This document shows positions 11,905 through 22,074 of a DNA stretch of 64,000 bases, in pieces. The translations under genes and the position numbers were made by a program. Each line of letters begins with the position of its first letter. Position 1 is the stretch's first letter. This DNA comes from Obrimoposthia wandeli (taxonomy: Eukaryota), in contig CDROCS010000506.1 in NCBI GenBank assembly GCA_977020255.1, forward strand, positions 310,001-374,000. The letters are read 5' to 3'. Below the pieces are notes generated by a model, which worked only from the letters and a program-made list of their open reading frames with translations, was not told the origin of the DNA and did no database searches.

Positions 11905-12657
11905 GTGATACACCGGAAGAAAATTTTGAATATACAAGTTTTTTTAGAAAATACTAAGATTCCCTTAGTTCCTGTATACCGTGTATTAAACCGTTCATTA
12001 TACGCAGAGAAAAAGACATCTTCTAGTACACATTACAGTTATACTGAGACGCGAGATTCACTGGGAAGGCACATTAAAACAGATTTGAATTCCAGCCATA
12101 CAACAATCAATACAACAGTGGATATAGAAGGCAAGGTCTTAGTAGAAGATCACGATGGTAATATTGAAGAGATGGATGTTCATTCAGAAATCCTTGGTAG
12201 CCTTGATTCAGGTGACTACCTGTTTGTTGCCCATCAACTGATTAAGCAGGGAAAACAAGAATCAACTAACTATCGTATGATTACATACAATATCAGTAAA
12301 GATCTACGTGTCTTCCCTTACGATATTCGAGATTATCACCAAGAGTCTTTTCTGGAAAAAGTACTGCCCTATTTATTCCTTCCCCTAGCGATATATATCG
12401 GTTACCACTTTGATACTATCAATCAGGCAATATATGCAAAATTTCATTATGCTTTGCCTACTTTTTCCTATTCATTAGAGCACTGGGCATTAGGCGTATT
12501 ATCATTTTTTACGCTTATTTATCTGGATTACCCTATAACGCGCAGCATTAATAAATCGAATAATAAACGTGCATGGAAAATTGTGGAGCCTATTTTCGAT
12601 TTATACAGTAAAATCATAAACGATGGTATTGCAGACAAATTAGCCAAATATAAATAA
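11905..12657 (+). CDS. hypothetical two-TM membrane protein
   Basis: 250-aa ORF (GTG start), soluble N-domain followed by two hydrophobic segments. Confidence 0.7.
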   Translation: MIHRKKILNIQVFLENTKIPLVPVYRVLNRSLYAEKKTSSSTHYSYTETRDSLGRHIKTDLNSSHTTINTTVDIEGKVLVEDHDGNIEEMDVHSEILGSLDSGDYLFVAHQLIKQGKQESTNYRMITYNISKDLRVFPYDIRDYHQESFLEKVLPYLFLPLAIYIGYHFDTINQAIYAKFHYALPTFSYSLEHWALGVLSFFTLIYLDYPITRSINKSNNKRAWKIVEPIFDLYSKIINDGIADKLAKYK

Positions 12658-12805
12658 TTTTGATTGGCACTATTGTTTCTGCTTCATCAATGACATTTAC
12701 TTTAGTTAGGTGTAGTGATAAGGGGAAAGGTAAATAAACAAACTTTTTTCTAAAGTGCTGAATAATTCGCTGTACAAGATAAATATGGATAGCTGAATAA
12801 ATTGC

Positions 12806-13450
12806 TTACTTAGTACGACAATGCAAAACCAGCTCTTGTTTCTCGGACGATTAAAGATACGCAGTGTGATAGTGGTTTTCGCTTGTCGCATCCATCACCC
12901 ACCGGGCCCAATTAATCAATATCACAGTAATTGTTAGTAGCCTACTCAGCAAACATCTGTGAATCAAGTAAGGTCTGCAGCGCAACTAAGATTTGTTGCG
13001 TTAAGATTTTGCACTCGTGTGGCGGCGTGAGAAAATTGCATATATACGGTACCCATATTTGATAAACCCATCATTCACTACGTTGAATATGGCCTCCATA
13101 TCGACCACAAAGTGATGTTCGCAAGTACTCGTTAAGGTAATATCGCTGACCTTAACCATTTCATCTACTTGCATTTTATTATCAATTAAAGTGATTTTAG
13201 GAAACGACGCATAATCCAAGCCTGAGAATATTTCATTCACGTACATTTTGGCAATACGGTGTGGCGTTTCAGCTAAACTATCATCACTTAAATCAAGCTC
13301 TAATAATTTTAGGATTTCGGTAAAATGTGATTCAATGCGGTCTTTTTTTTCTGCGCTTGATAGCCCAGTTACGATCATTGGTGTTTCTAACCCTCGCTCT
13401 TCCAAGACTGAACGGACTAATAAAGCTTCTTTACTTAGGCCAGCGTCAAG
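12806..13450 (-). pseudogene. folE: GTP cyclohydrolase I, 3' half frameshifted
   Basis: [21 protein letters not shown]...[10 protein letters not shown]...TSTCEHHFV is FolE. After that, [19 protein letters not shown] and GVMDATS remnants appear in shifting frames to a TAA at 12806. Divergent from moeAB as in Vibrionaceae. Confidence 0.88.
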
Positions 13451-13648
13451 TTAATTACCCAAAACAGCAGAAATCGACTTAAAAATACAGCTTGCCGCAT
13501 AATTGATAGCATTCTTCTTAACAATTGATTGAAGATAAAACAGGTAATTAGCGACATATACTAAGCATTTTATTGTTATAGATCCTTTCGCCAACCTGTT
13601 GAGTTTGTCATAATTGACGACATAACTAAAAAATAACCACAAGGGTAT

Positions 13649-14884
13649 ATGATGGGATGTTGTGACGTACAAGGGCTAAAACCACTGGATTTAGCGATGC
13701 AAGAAATGTTGGACAATATTAATGCAGTAACAGAAACGCTGACATTAGACTTAGCAGACGCACTCGATTATATTCTCGCTGAAGACATTTCTTCGCCAAT
13801 GAATGTGCCGCCATTTGATAATTCAGCAATGGATGGTTACGCCGTTCGCATCACCGACCTGACTCAATCAATGACCCTACCACTTGCAGGTAAAGCATTT
13901 GCAGGCCAACCTTTCATGGGTGAATGGCCAATCGGAACATGTATCCGCATTATGACTGGCGCACCAGTACCAACAGGTTGTGAAGCCGTTATCATGCAGG
14001 AAAGAACACAGGTAGATGGTGATCTTATTACCTTCGAAAGTTTACCGCCAATGCATGACAATATTCGTAATGCTGCTGAAGATATCGCTATCGGCCAAGC
14101 TGTATTAACCAAAGGTCGCCGCCTTACCCCACGTGATATTCCCATGCTAGCAACGATTGGCATTGATAAAGTAACAGTCTACCGTCGTCTAAAAGTAGCT
14201 ATATTCTCAACTGGTGACGAGCTAAAAAGCTTAGGTCAACCGCTTGGTAATGGTGAGATTTACGACAGTAACCGTTACAGTATCAATGCCATGTTATCGC
14301 GTTTGAATTTAGACATTATTGATTTTGGTATTGTCCCTGATAACGAAGACCTACTACGTGAAACGTTCCTTAAAGCCGATGCAGTGGCTGATGCCGTGAT
14401 CACATCTGGCGGCGTATCAGTTGGCGAAGCTGATTACACTAAAATATTACTCGAAGAACTGGGTGAAATTGGCTTTTGGAAATTGGCGATTAAACCAGGT
14501 AAACCTTTTGCTTTCGGCTCATTACCAAGCAGTAAATTCTTTGGCTTACCCGGTAACCCAGTTTCTGCAACCGTTACTTTTCATCAACTTGTCGTACCCG
14601 CATTAGCAAAAATGACCAATCAGGTGTTCACACCAACACCTCGCTTTAATGCCGTTGCAGCCACTAGAATGAAAAAAGCACCCGGTCGTATGGACTTTCA
14701 ACGTGCTATCTATAGCGTCAACGCGCAAGGTCAACTTGAAGTTGTATCGACAGGTAGCCAAGGTTCAGGCGTATTCAGTAGCTTGAGTCACTCAAATTGC
14801 TATGCCATCATCGAGCAAGATCGCGGCAATGTTGAAATTGGCGAAACCGTCACGATTGAACCATTTAACGAGATCTTAAATTAA
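13649..14884 (+). CDS. moeA: molybdopterin molybdotransferase
   Basis: PPFDNSAMDGYAV, RIMTGAPVP, STGDEL, SGGVSVG, KPGKP and GLPGNPVS motifs. Confidence 0.97.
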   Translation: MMGCCDVQGLKPLDLAMQEMLDNINAVTETLTLDLADALDYILAEDISSPMNVPPFDNSAMDGYAVRITDLTQSMTLPLAGKAFAGQPFMGEWPIGTCIRIMTGAPVPTGCEAVIMQERTQVDGDLITFESLPPMHDNIRNAAEDIAIGQAVLTKGRRLTPRDIPMLATIGIDKVTVYRRLKVAIFSTGDELKSLGQPLGNGEIYDSNRYSINAMLSRLNLDIIDFGIVPDNEDLLRETFLKADAVADAVITSGGVSVGEADYTKILLEELGEIGFWKLAIKPGKPFAFGSLPSSKFFGLPGNPVSATVTFHQLVVPALAKMTNQVFTPTPRFNAVAATRMKKAPGRMDFQRAIYSVNAQGQLEVVSTGSQGSGVFSSLSHSNCYAIIEQDRGNVEIGETVTIEPFNEILN

Positions 14885-15681
14885 TGACAACCTCCTCTAT
14901 TGGTGGTGACTTGCCTTGCGAAGACATATTGTCTTCGCAAGAAGAGCTACGCTATAACCGCCAAATCGTGCTGCGCCATTTTGATTTTGATGGCCAAGAA
15001 GCCTTAAAACAAGCCAAGGTATTGCTGATCGGTGCCGGTGGTTTAGGTTGTGCGAGTAGTCAGTACCTAGCCTCTTCTGGCATAGGCCAAATGACATTAG
15101 TTGATTTTGATCATATCGAACTATCAAATTTACAACGTCAGTTACTGCACCGTGATAGCCGTATTGGTGAGTTTAAATCACTGTCGGCTAAATATGAACT
15201 AGAACAGATAAATCCACATTGTGAAGTACAGGCTATTACTAAAAAACTGTCTGAAGATGAGATGGTTAAACTGATAGAACAGCATGATATTGTGCTTGAT
15301 TGTACCGATAACGTCGATACTAGAGAGCAGATAAACCGCGCCTGTTTTGCGTTGCGTACGCCATTAGTATCAGGCGCTGCAATTCGTATGGAAGGTCAAA
15401 TTAGTGTCTTTACGTATGCTGATGATGAACCTTGTTACCAATGTCTAAGCCAATTGTTTGGCAGCGGTACATTAAGCTGTGTTGAATCCGGTATTATGGC
15501 ACCTATGGTGGGTATTATTGGTGCGATGCAGGCAATGGAAGCGATTAAAGTGATTGCTAACTTTGGTCAGCCTATGACGGGGAAAGTCTTGATTGTTGAT
15601 GGTCTTACACTGTCGTTTCAAACGATGAAATTACCAAAACTACCGACGTGTTCTGTCTGTCATACGCCACACACAAAATAA
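14884..15681 (+). CDS. moeB: molybdopterin-synthase adenylyltransferase
   Basis: RYNRQIVL, IGAGGLG, DFDHIELSNLQRQ, CxxC pairs. Coupled to moeA. Confidence 0.96.
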   Translation: MTTSSIGGDLPCEDILSSQEELRYNRQIVLRHFDFDGQEALKQAKVLLIGAGGLGCASSQYLASSGIGQMTLVDFDHIELSNLQRQLLHRDSRIGEFKSLSAKYELEQINPHCEVQAITKKLSEDEMVKLIEQHDIVLDCTDNVDTREQINRACFALRTPLVSGAAIRMEGQISVFTYADDEPCYQCLSQLFGSGTLSCVESGIMAPMVGIIGAMQAMEAIKVIANFGQPMTGKVLIVDGLTLSFQTMKLPKLPTCSVCHTPHTK

Positions 15682-15723
15682 CACAATTAAACTAGCGCGA
15701 TGAACAGCTAAATCGCGCTTTCA

Positions 15724-15785
15724 TTTTCTATTTTCTATTTTCTATTTTCTATTTTCTATTTTCTATTTTCTATTTTCTATTTTCT
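15724..15785. repeat. heptanucleotide VNTR (TTTTCTA) x8.9
   Basis: Eight perfect copies plus TTTTCT counted directly, between the convergent moeB and membrane-protein genes. Confidence 0.97.
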
Positions 15786-15812
15786 TCAAGTCGAAGTCGA
15801 ATACAAATCCAA

Positions 15813-16628
15813 CTATAAGAAAATGTGTGCAAGATAAGAAACCAATAAGCAATATACCAGGTTTGCAATCAAGCTCGCTTCCAGTCCCACAAACCAATAT
15901 AACAAGCCTAACGTTGAAGCCGTGATAGCCGATATAATCACGATAAAGACAATCAGGTTTATCGAAAAGGTTGATGTCACCAACGCAACAGATAAAGCCA
16001 TAAACAACGACAATACAATCGATGAAATAACAATGGTATTGGTGGTTAATTTAAATTGTGAAGGCTTGCTTTCAAAGACCATCAATTTTGACAATAAACT
16101 TGATAGCGGTAACATAAACACCGACAAATATAATGTGCTGGATAATACCGCTGTCAACGCAATTAAAATAAGGTCTAACGAGCTAAATATTTGATGATAC
16201 TGAAGAAACGCTTGTGGTAGATGTGGTTCTGCAATAACAAAAATTAGGCTACATAAAATAGCGGTCAGCAAACCGAAACAAGCACCGAATACCAGCGTGA
16301 TGCGTAATTCAGATAAAAATCCAGAACCATTTTTCGTTTGTTGCGACGATGACGAAATCTTATCCGTACAAACAATACCAAAATAGGCAGAGCAAGAAAC
16401 TGCGAGCAGTACGATCGCCACTAACGGGGCAATAAAGTTGTTTGTTAAACCAATGCCCATCGGCAGGTTAGAAAACAAAAATGACGTGATGTGTGTTTGT
16501 TCCGCGAATGCCAATGCACCTACGACTAAAATAGCGCAAGTAAACATCAGGCAGCGTTGTAATATAGAGTAATTATTCAATACGGCCTCGAATAATGATA
16601 TCTGTCTATTCGATTGTGATTCGATCAT
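15813..16628 (-). CDS. hypothetical polytopic membrane protein
   Basis: 271 aa with about seven hydrophobic segments. Confidence 0.75.
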   Translation of the reverse strand: MIESQSNRQISLFEAVLNNYSILQRCLMFTCAILVVGALAFAEQTHITSFLFSNLPMGIGLTNNFIAPLVAIVLLAVSCSAYFGIVCTDKISSSSQQTKNGSGFLSELRITLVFGACFGLLTAILCSLIFVIAEPHLPQAFLQYHQIFSSLDLILIALTAVLSSTLYLSVFMLPLSSLLSKLMVFESKPSQFKLTTNTIVISSIVLSLFMALSVALVTSTFSINLIVFIVIISAITASTLGLLYWFVGLEASLIANLVYCLLVSYLAHIFL

Positions 16629-16886
16629 ATCTTACTTACAAAAAATGGGATTAGTGTTACTGAATTTATAGTGTTAACGCTAAATATGCGATTAACACCC
16701 ACAAGGTCGTAACTACAAATGGGTAATGATATATCTTCTGACATATATATCAAGTTTAATTATCCATTCACACCCTAGACTCAACCTATACCTGCGCCAC
16801 ATCAATTATGATTCGTACGCTACTGCGGCTATTAGTTCTCGATACAAGAGTAGGTATAAGTTCTCGACACAAACATTATTTGCGCA

Positions 16887-16986
16887 AACAGCAGCTATAA
16901 CCTATTCATAGATAACCGTTAATAGTTAACAGCAGCTATAACCTAGTCATAGATAGCCGTTAATAGTTAACAGCCGCCGCTATAAT
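16887..16986. repeat. 41-bp tandem repeat, 2 copies plus a partial third
   Basis: aacagcagctataacctattcatagataaccgttaatagtt (16887-16927) and aacagcagctataacctagtcatagatagccgttaatagtt (16928-16968), then aacagccgccgctataat. Confidence 0.92.
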
Positions 16987-17236
16987 GATGTGCAAGTTTA
17001 GAAAAGTCATACTTATTTAAAAGTTATTAGACTGAATAATAAGGGTTTTTCATTATTTAAATTCATACCAAAAACTGAAATAAAAGGATGTATTAAGTAG
17101 AAAATAAAGGTAACATTTGCCTGTGACCAACTACTCATTAGTAGGTGCATGACAGCGTTGCTCGTTGTAATGCTTTTACTAATGAATAGTTAAGTATTTT
17201 TTGATTCAACATTTTAGATAAATAAAGGAATATAAA

Positions 17237-17503
17237 ATGACAGACCTACGCGCTAAATTCGACGCTACTGTAGACCAAGTTCAAAATGGCACAGCGAAGA
17301 AAAAACCTTCACAAGAATTAAAATTAGAGTTTTATTCATTATTCAAGCAAGCAACAGAAGGTGACGTGGCAACTAAAAAGCCATCTATCTTTGATATGGT
17401 TGGTTTTGCTAAATGGACTGCGTGGGATAAAGTACGTGGTTTAACTTCAGAGCAAGCGATGGAAAAATATATTGCTCGTGTAGAAGAAGAGAATGCGGCT
17501 TAA
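17237..17503 (+). CDS. acyl-CoA-binding protein (ACBP family)
   Basis: 88 aa, LEFYSLFKQATEGD...KP...D...AKWTAW...AMEKYI matches the ACBP pattern LYxxYKQATxGD...KWxAW...AMxxYI. RBS AAGGA. Confidence 0.9.
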   Translation: MTDLRAKFDATVDQVQNGTAKKKPSQELKLEFYSLFKQATEGDVATKKPSIFDMVGFAKWTAWDKVRGLTSEQAMEKYIARVEEENAA

Positions 17504-17530
17504 TCATTAACGAATTTGTTAAATGACTTG

Positions 17531-17560
17531 TTGTCAGTAAATAGTGCTATTTACTGACAA
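17531..17560 (+). terminator. perfect inverted repeat after ACBP gene
   Basis: ttgtcagtaaatag-tg-ctatttactgacaa followed by tttt. Confidence 0.75.
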
Positions 17561-18207
17561 TTTTGAAAGGTTGTACCTACTCAATAAGAAATATACTTTA
17601 ATTACCCTGCCCATTATCTATTAATGAAATGCTTTACTACTTTTTTTTGGCTGAAAAACCACTGTCTACGAACACCTTTACTCATCATCATTCCTTAATC
17701 TTATCTTATATATATGCCTGCACCCTATTATCAGGGCACGATCACATCTATCTACATTTTTCATAAAAAACACTTATAACTTTTAATATCAAAAGCTTAT
17801 GCTTAATCGCCAGTGATAAGTAGTAATCTAAACTAGCAATAAACACTAACTAAGCAATCATTCGTGCTTTATCTAAATGAAAAATGTGGAGCAGGATATG
17901 AATTGGCTGTTATATGAGCTAGGATTGAATAAAATAGCGGTTAATACGACGAAAAAGTCAGCACACCGTCACAGACAATGTTGATTTTGTTAATAAAAAC
18001 AGTAATTTTATAAAAATAACTCACGTGTGTGTTGCTATGAATCTTTAACCATGTATAATTCGTCTTAAGAAATTAGGCTAGTTTATATCGGTAGAATAAT
18101 CTTTAGTTAATACTTGTATTGATTATTGTTTTGTATTGTTTATATAAGTTACACCCTGGTTTTTTAACAATTTTTTTAATAATATATATATATACAGGGT
18201 TTTTAAT

Positions 18208-18417
18208 ATGTCTAATACAGTAATCGGTAAAGTAAAATTCTTCAACGAAGCTAAAGGCTTCGGTTTCATCGAACAAGAAAATGGCCCAGATGTATTCGTA
18301 CATTTCAGCTCTATCTTAGTAGATGGCTTTAAAGTACTTACTGACGGTCAAAAAGTTGAGTTCACAGTAGGCCAAGGCCAAAAAGGTCCTCAAGCTGAGA
18401 ACGTTAAACCTCTTTAA
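18208..18417 (+). CDS. cold-shock protein (CspA family)
   Basis: [15 protein letters not shown] (RNP1), DVFVHFSSI (RNP2), KGPQAENV. Confidence 0.97.
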   Translation: MSNTVIGKVKFFNEAKGFGFIEQENGPDVFVHFSSILVDGFKVLTDGQKVEFTVGQGQKGPQAENVKPL

Positions 18418-18448
18418 TAGTTTACTATTAATCGGTTAAACAGATATC

Positions 18449-18477
18449 AAAAAAGGTGAACTTAGTTCACCTTTTTT
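18449..18477 (+). terminator. rho-independent terminator of the csp gene
   Basis: aaaaaaggtgaac-tta-gttcacctttttt. Confidence 0.85.
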
Positions 18478-18523
18478 ATTACCTAAAATTTATGTATCTT
18501 AGATGCATTTATCCTTAGGTAAT

Positions 18524-18558
18524 AAAAAAGCCAATGAGTTATCCCATTGGCTTTTTTT
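18524..18558. terminator. bidirectional terminator (likely for can)
   Basis: aaaaaagccaatg...cattggcttttttt. Confidence 0.8.
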
Positions 18559-18673
18559 ATGCCCATTATTTATTATGGCAACGATTTTTTATGCCGACGA
18601 TATAGTGGCGAAAGAATTATAAAGCGCCAGTATTAACATTAAAACGTAATCGTATAACTTAAGAAACACGAAC

Positions 18674-19297
18674 CTATTTGGTAATCACTTCTAACTGCTT
18701 CTCTCTCGAGTTAATGCTATCCGTTAAGCTTTTCAATACACCATTGCTGATGTTAAAGATCCAACCATGGATCGTTAATTCCTCGCCCTTGCGCCAAGCT
18801 CGCTTCACGACAGTGGTATTACAAACGTTACGCACCTGCTCGACTACGTTTAATTCACACATGCGATCAATTTTATCTTCCCCACAGACGCCTTCTAGCT
18901 CATCCATATGGAAACGTTCTACATCTTTAATATGACGTAACCAATTATCGATTAAACCATGCTGACCATCACCCATCGCGGCCTTAACACCACCACAGCC
19001 ATAATGACCACAGACAATAATATGCTTCACTTTAAGTACTTCAACAGCATACTGGATCACTGATAAACAATTTAAGTCTGTGTGTACCACAACATTAGCA
19101 ATATTACGGTGCACAAACACTTCCCCCGGAGGCAGGGCCATGATCTGGTTTGCTGGTACGCGGCTATCGGAGCAACCGATCCACAAATAGTCTGGTGATT
19201 GCTGCTTAGAAAGTTGCTCAAAAAAGTCAGGGAACTGTTCATTAATCTGTGCTGACCATGCGCGATTACGTTCAAATATCGATTTTATAGTGCTCAA
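18674..19297 (-). CDS. can: beta-class carbonic anhydrase
   Basis: WIGCSDSRVP, HRNIANVV and CGHYGCGGV zinc-ligand motifs. Confidence 0.95.
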   Translation of the reverse strand: MSTIKSIFERNRAWSAQINEQFPDFFEQLSKQQSPDYLWIGCSDSRVPANQIMALPPGEVFVHRNIANVVVHTDLNCLSVIQYAVEVLKVKHIIVCGHYGCGGVKAAMGDGQHGLIDNWLRHIKDVERFHMDELEGVCGEDKIDRMCELNVVEQVRNVCNTTVVKRAWRKGEELTIHGWIFNISNGVLKSLTDSINSREKQLEVITK

Positions 19298-19507
19298 GAC
19301 TACGCTCTCTGATTGGGATGACTACATTTCCAATCTTTAAAATAGCCTGTTTAATCAAGATATTCAACTGATAAATAGGTAAGCTTCAGATATAAGCGAC
19401 TGGACTTATGAGTGTAATAATTACGGAATAGACTTGTAAAATGGAGATATGAAAAAGCACCCAATTAAGAGTGCTTTAATATTTTATATCATGAGCTTAG
19501 CGTTACA

Positions 19508-20719
19508 TTATTTAGCTAATTTCTCTTGCTTATCTTGTTTATCTTGTTTAGATAAACATGATCTCAGCATTAAGTAACCAATAACACCAGAGAGTAATGA
19601 CCCTAAGATAATACCTAAACGCTCGTCAAATAATAAGTTAGTACCCGTTTCTTCGAATGCCAGTGAACCAACAAACAAACTCATCGTGAAACCAACACCA
19701 CACAAGATCGCTGTGCTATATAAAGAACACCAATCCATACCTTTTGGCATTTGAGCAAGCTTACATTTAATTGCTAACCAACATAGACCAAAGATACCTA
19801 CTTGCTTACCAACAAACAAACCTAACGCAATACCCATAGGTACAGGGTGCATGATTTGATCTAAACCAACACCCGATAAGTTAATACCGGCGTTCGCAAA
19901 TGCGAAGATAGGTAAGATAACAAAAGCCACGACAAAGTGTAGTCCATGCTCCATCTTCTTCAGTGGAGAATGTGATTTATCTTTTGATTGCATTGGGATG
20001 AATAAAGCGAGAATAACACCAGCCAATGTTGCGTGAACACCAGACTTCAGCATTGCTACCCACATCACAATACCAACAATGATATACAAGGCTTTCGAAT
20101 CAACATTACGCTTATTCAAATAAGCTAACACAGGGATACATAATGCCGTCACAAACAATGCACCAAGAGAGATCTTCGATGTATAGAAGAAGGCAATAAT
20201 AAGAATTGCACCAATATCATCAAAAATAGCTAACGACGTTAAGAATATTTTCAAGCTAATTGGCACACGAGAACCTAATAAGCTCAAGATACCTAACGCA
20301 AAGGCAATATCTGTTGCCGCTGGAATAGCCCAACCGCTTAAGGCAGCAGGATCATCAAAGTTGAAATACACATAAATAAGTGCAGGGAATAACATACCAC
20401 CGATAGCGCCAACGCCTGGCAGGATGATGTTTCGAGGATCAGATAACTCCCCTTCTACTAATTCTCGTTTTAGCTCAAGTCCGACTAAAAAGAAGAATAC
20501 AGCCATTAAGCCATCATTAATCCAAAGTAATAATGGTTTCGCAATTTCTAAACCACCCAGTTTTATTTCAACTGGAGTATCTAAAAATAGAGCATAGAGA
20601 CCCTGCAAAGGGCTATTAGCTAAAACCATAGCTAATACAGCTGAAAACATTAGGATAATGCCGCCAGCTGATTCTAGTTTAAAGAAACTAGATAAAAACG
20701 AATCTTGTGTATTGTTCAT
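19508..20719 (-). CDS. nhaA: Na+/H+ antiporter NhaA
   Basis: [42 protein letters not shown]. Confidence 0.97.
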   Translation of the reverse strand: MNNTQDSFLSSFFKLESAGGIILMFSAVLAMVLANSPLQGLYALFLDTPVEIKLGGLEIAKPLLLWINDGLMAVFFFLVGLELKRELVEGELSDPRNIILPGVGAIGGMLFPALIYVYFNFDDPAALSGWAIPAATDIAFALGILSLLGSRVPISLKIFLTSLAIFDDIGAILIIAFFYTSKISLGALFVTALCIPVLAYLNKRNVDSKALYIIVGIVMWVAMLKSGVHATLAGVILALFIPMQSKDKSHSPLKKMEHGLHFVVAFVILPIFAFANAGINLSGVGLDQIMHPVPMGIALGLFVGKQVGIFGLCWLAIKCKLAQMPKGMDWCSLYSTAILCGVGFTMSLFVGSLAFEETGTNLLFDERLGIILGSLLSGVIGYLMLRSCLSKQDKQDKQEKLAK

Positions 20720-21211
20720 GTTTTTCCTTATACTTACATATTCATCTATAAATAGTCGCTCAATACAAAAACAGCGCTAATCCATTACACTACTATAGAA
20801 TGAAAACATGTCAGTATTATCAAATACTATAAATTAAAGAATAATTAAAAATAATTATATTTAATGCTATTAAGGTGTTTACTCACCTTCTCGTTAGACT
20901 CGACATAATATGACACATAACACTTATAAATCACACATATATATATTAGAGCTAAGTCACAAAAATAACCACAATTAGCTAGTTTTCACCTTAAAATCAG
21001 TTTAAAAAACTTCATTAACAATAAAAGAACAAAGAACACATTAAAAATGTAATCGAGAAGGTGTCAAATAGACGTTTTAAGGCGTAATTAATACATCATT
21101 CAAACTAATACCAGCTGAATTTACAATTACAGGCTCATGATGTTGTTAAATTAATTTAATGGTAGATGTTTTTTTAAGTCATGGTATGAAAAACAGACAA
21201 GTGAACAAAAA

Positions 21212-21241
21212 AAGACCTGCTAGCGTGAACTAACAGGTCTT
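21212..21241 (-). terminator. hairpin downstream of zwf-pgl
   Basis: aagacctg...caggtctt preceded by an A run (U tract on the minus strand). Confidence 0.65.
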
Positions 21242-21280
21242 CGTACTAAGAAAATGTAATGAAACCGTTTAGTCTCTATC

Positions 21281-22000
21281 TTAGCTATTAATTAATCTTG
21301 CAGCTGCAGCATCCAAGATCCACTCTGTCGTGCCTTGGTTTGCCTTAACTTGTGCTGCTGGATAAGCAAGTGCAGCATCTTCATTATCATGGATCTGCTT
21401 AATAACTTCAGCTTTACTCTCACCCAAGACTAAATAGCTGATGCGCTTTGCATTCGCTAACAGGCGTGCCGTTTTAGAAATACGGTATTGTCCTGATTCT
21501 GGATGCTGAGCAATGATTGCAATATTGTCATCATTATAATCAGTTTGGCCTGGGAATAATGATGCAGTATGACCATCACCGCCCATACCAAGTAAGATCC
21601 AATCAAAACAAGGTAAACCATTTTTCGCAGGAATAACCGTTTGCATCTCTTGTGCAAAGCGAACAACTTCTTGTTCTGGTAATGCTTCACCTAAAATACG
21701 GTGAATATTCTCTGTCGGTAATGCAACCTTCGAAAATAACAACGCTTGTGCTTCACCAAAATTACTTTCGGCATCATCAGGTGCAACACAACGTTCATCG
21801 CCCCACCAGAAGTGTAAGTTAGTCCATGTAATGCTTGTTGCAAATGGTGCTTGTGCTAACACTTTAAATAAAAGCTTTGGTGTGCTACCACCTGATAACG
21901 AGATATGTACAGGCTGATCTTGCTGGCTATATTCAACAAGTGAATGAGCCAATGACTCAACAACCTGTTCTGGTGTTTCAAAAGTACGATAATCCATCAT
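21281..22000 (-). CDS. pgl: 6-phosphogluconolactonase (DevB/Pgl type)
   Basis: ISLSGGSTP, WWGDERCV, LLGMGGDGHTASLFP. Follows zwf. Confidence 0.95.
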   Translation of the reverse strand: MMDYRTFETPEQVVESLAHSLVEYSQQDQPVHISLSGGSTPKLLFKVLAQAPFATSITWTNLHFWWGDERCVAPDDAESNFGEAQALLFSKVALPTENIHRILGEALPEQEVVRFAQEMQTVIPAKNGLPCFDWILLGMGGDGHTASLFPGQTDYNDDNIAIIAQHPESGQYRISKTARLLANAKRISYLVLGESKAEVIKQIHDNEDAALAYPAAQVKANQGTTEWILDAAAARLINS

Positions 22001-22074
22001 ATTCTCACGCTACTGTTAGTTGTTACTGTTTATTACTTAACGACTGGCTCAGCCAATAATTAACTAAGATTGAT

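Noticed and set aside
7292-12806. Prophage, ICE or att-bounded island
   Set aside because: No integrase, transposase, tRNA or flanking direct repeat seen. Reported only as a compositionally atypical cluster.
2525-13110. Diversity-generating retroelement or programmed editing as the cause of corrupted patches
   Set aside because: No reverse transcriptase, no template/variable repeat pair, and the changes are indels rather than A-specific substitutions.
16887-16986. 41-bp repeats as a mini CRISPR array
   Set aside because: Units are directly adjacent with no unique spacers, and there is no cas gene in the window.
17560-18207. Small RNA or gene in the long region upstream of the csp gene
   Set aside because: No recognisable RNA motif or credible ORF. 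Long AT-rich leaders are normal for csp genes.
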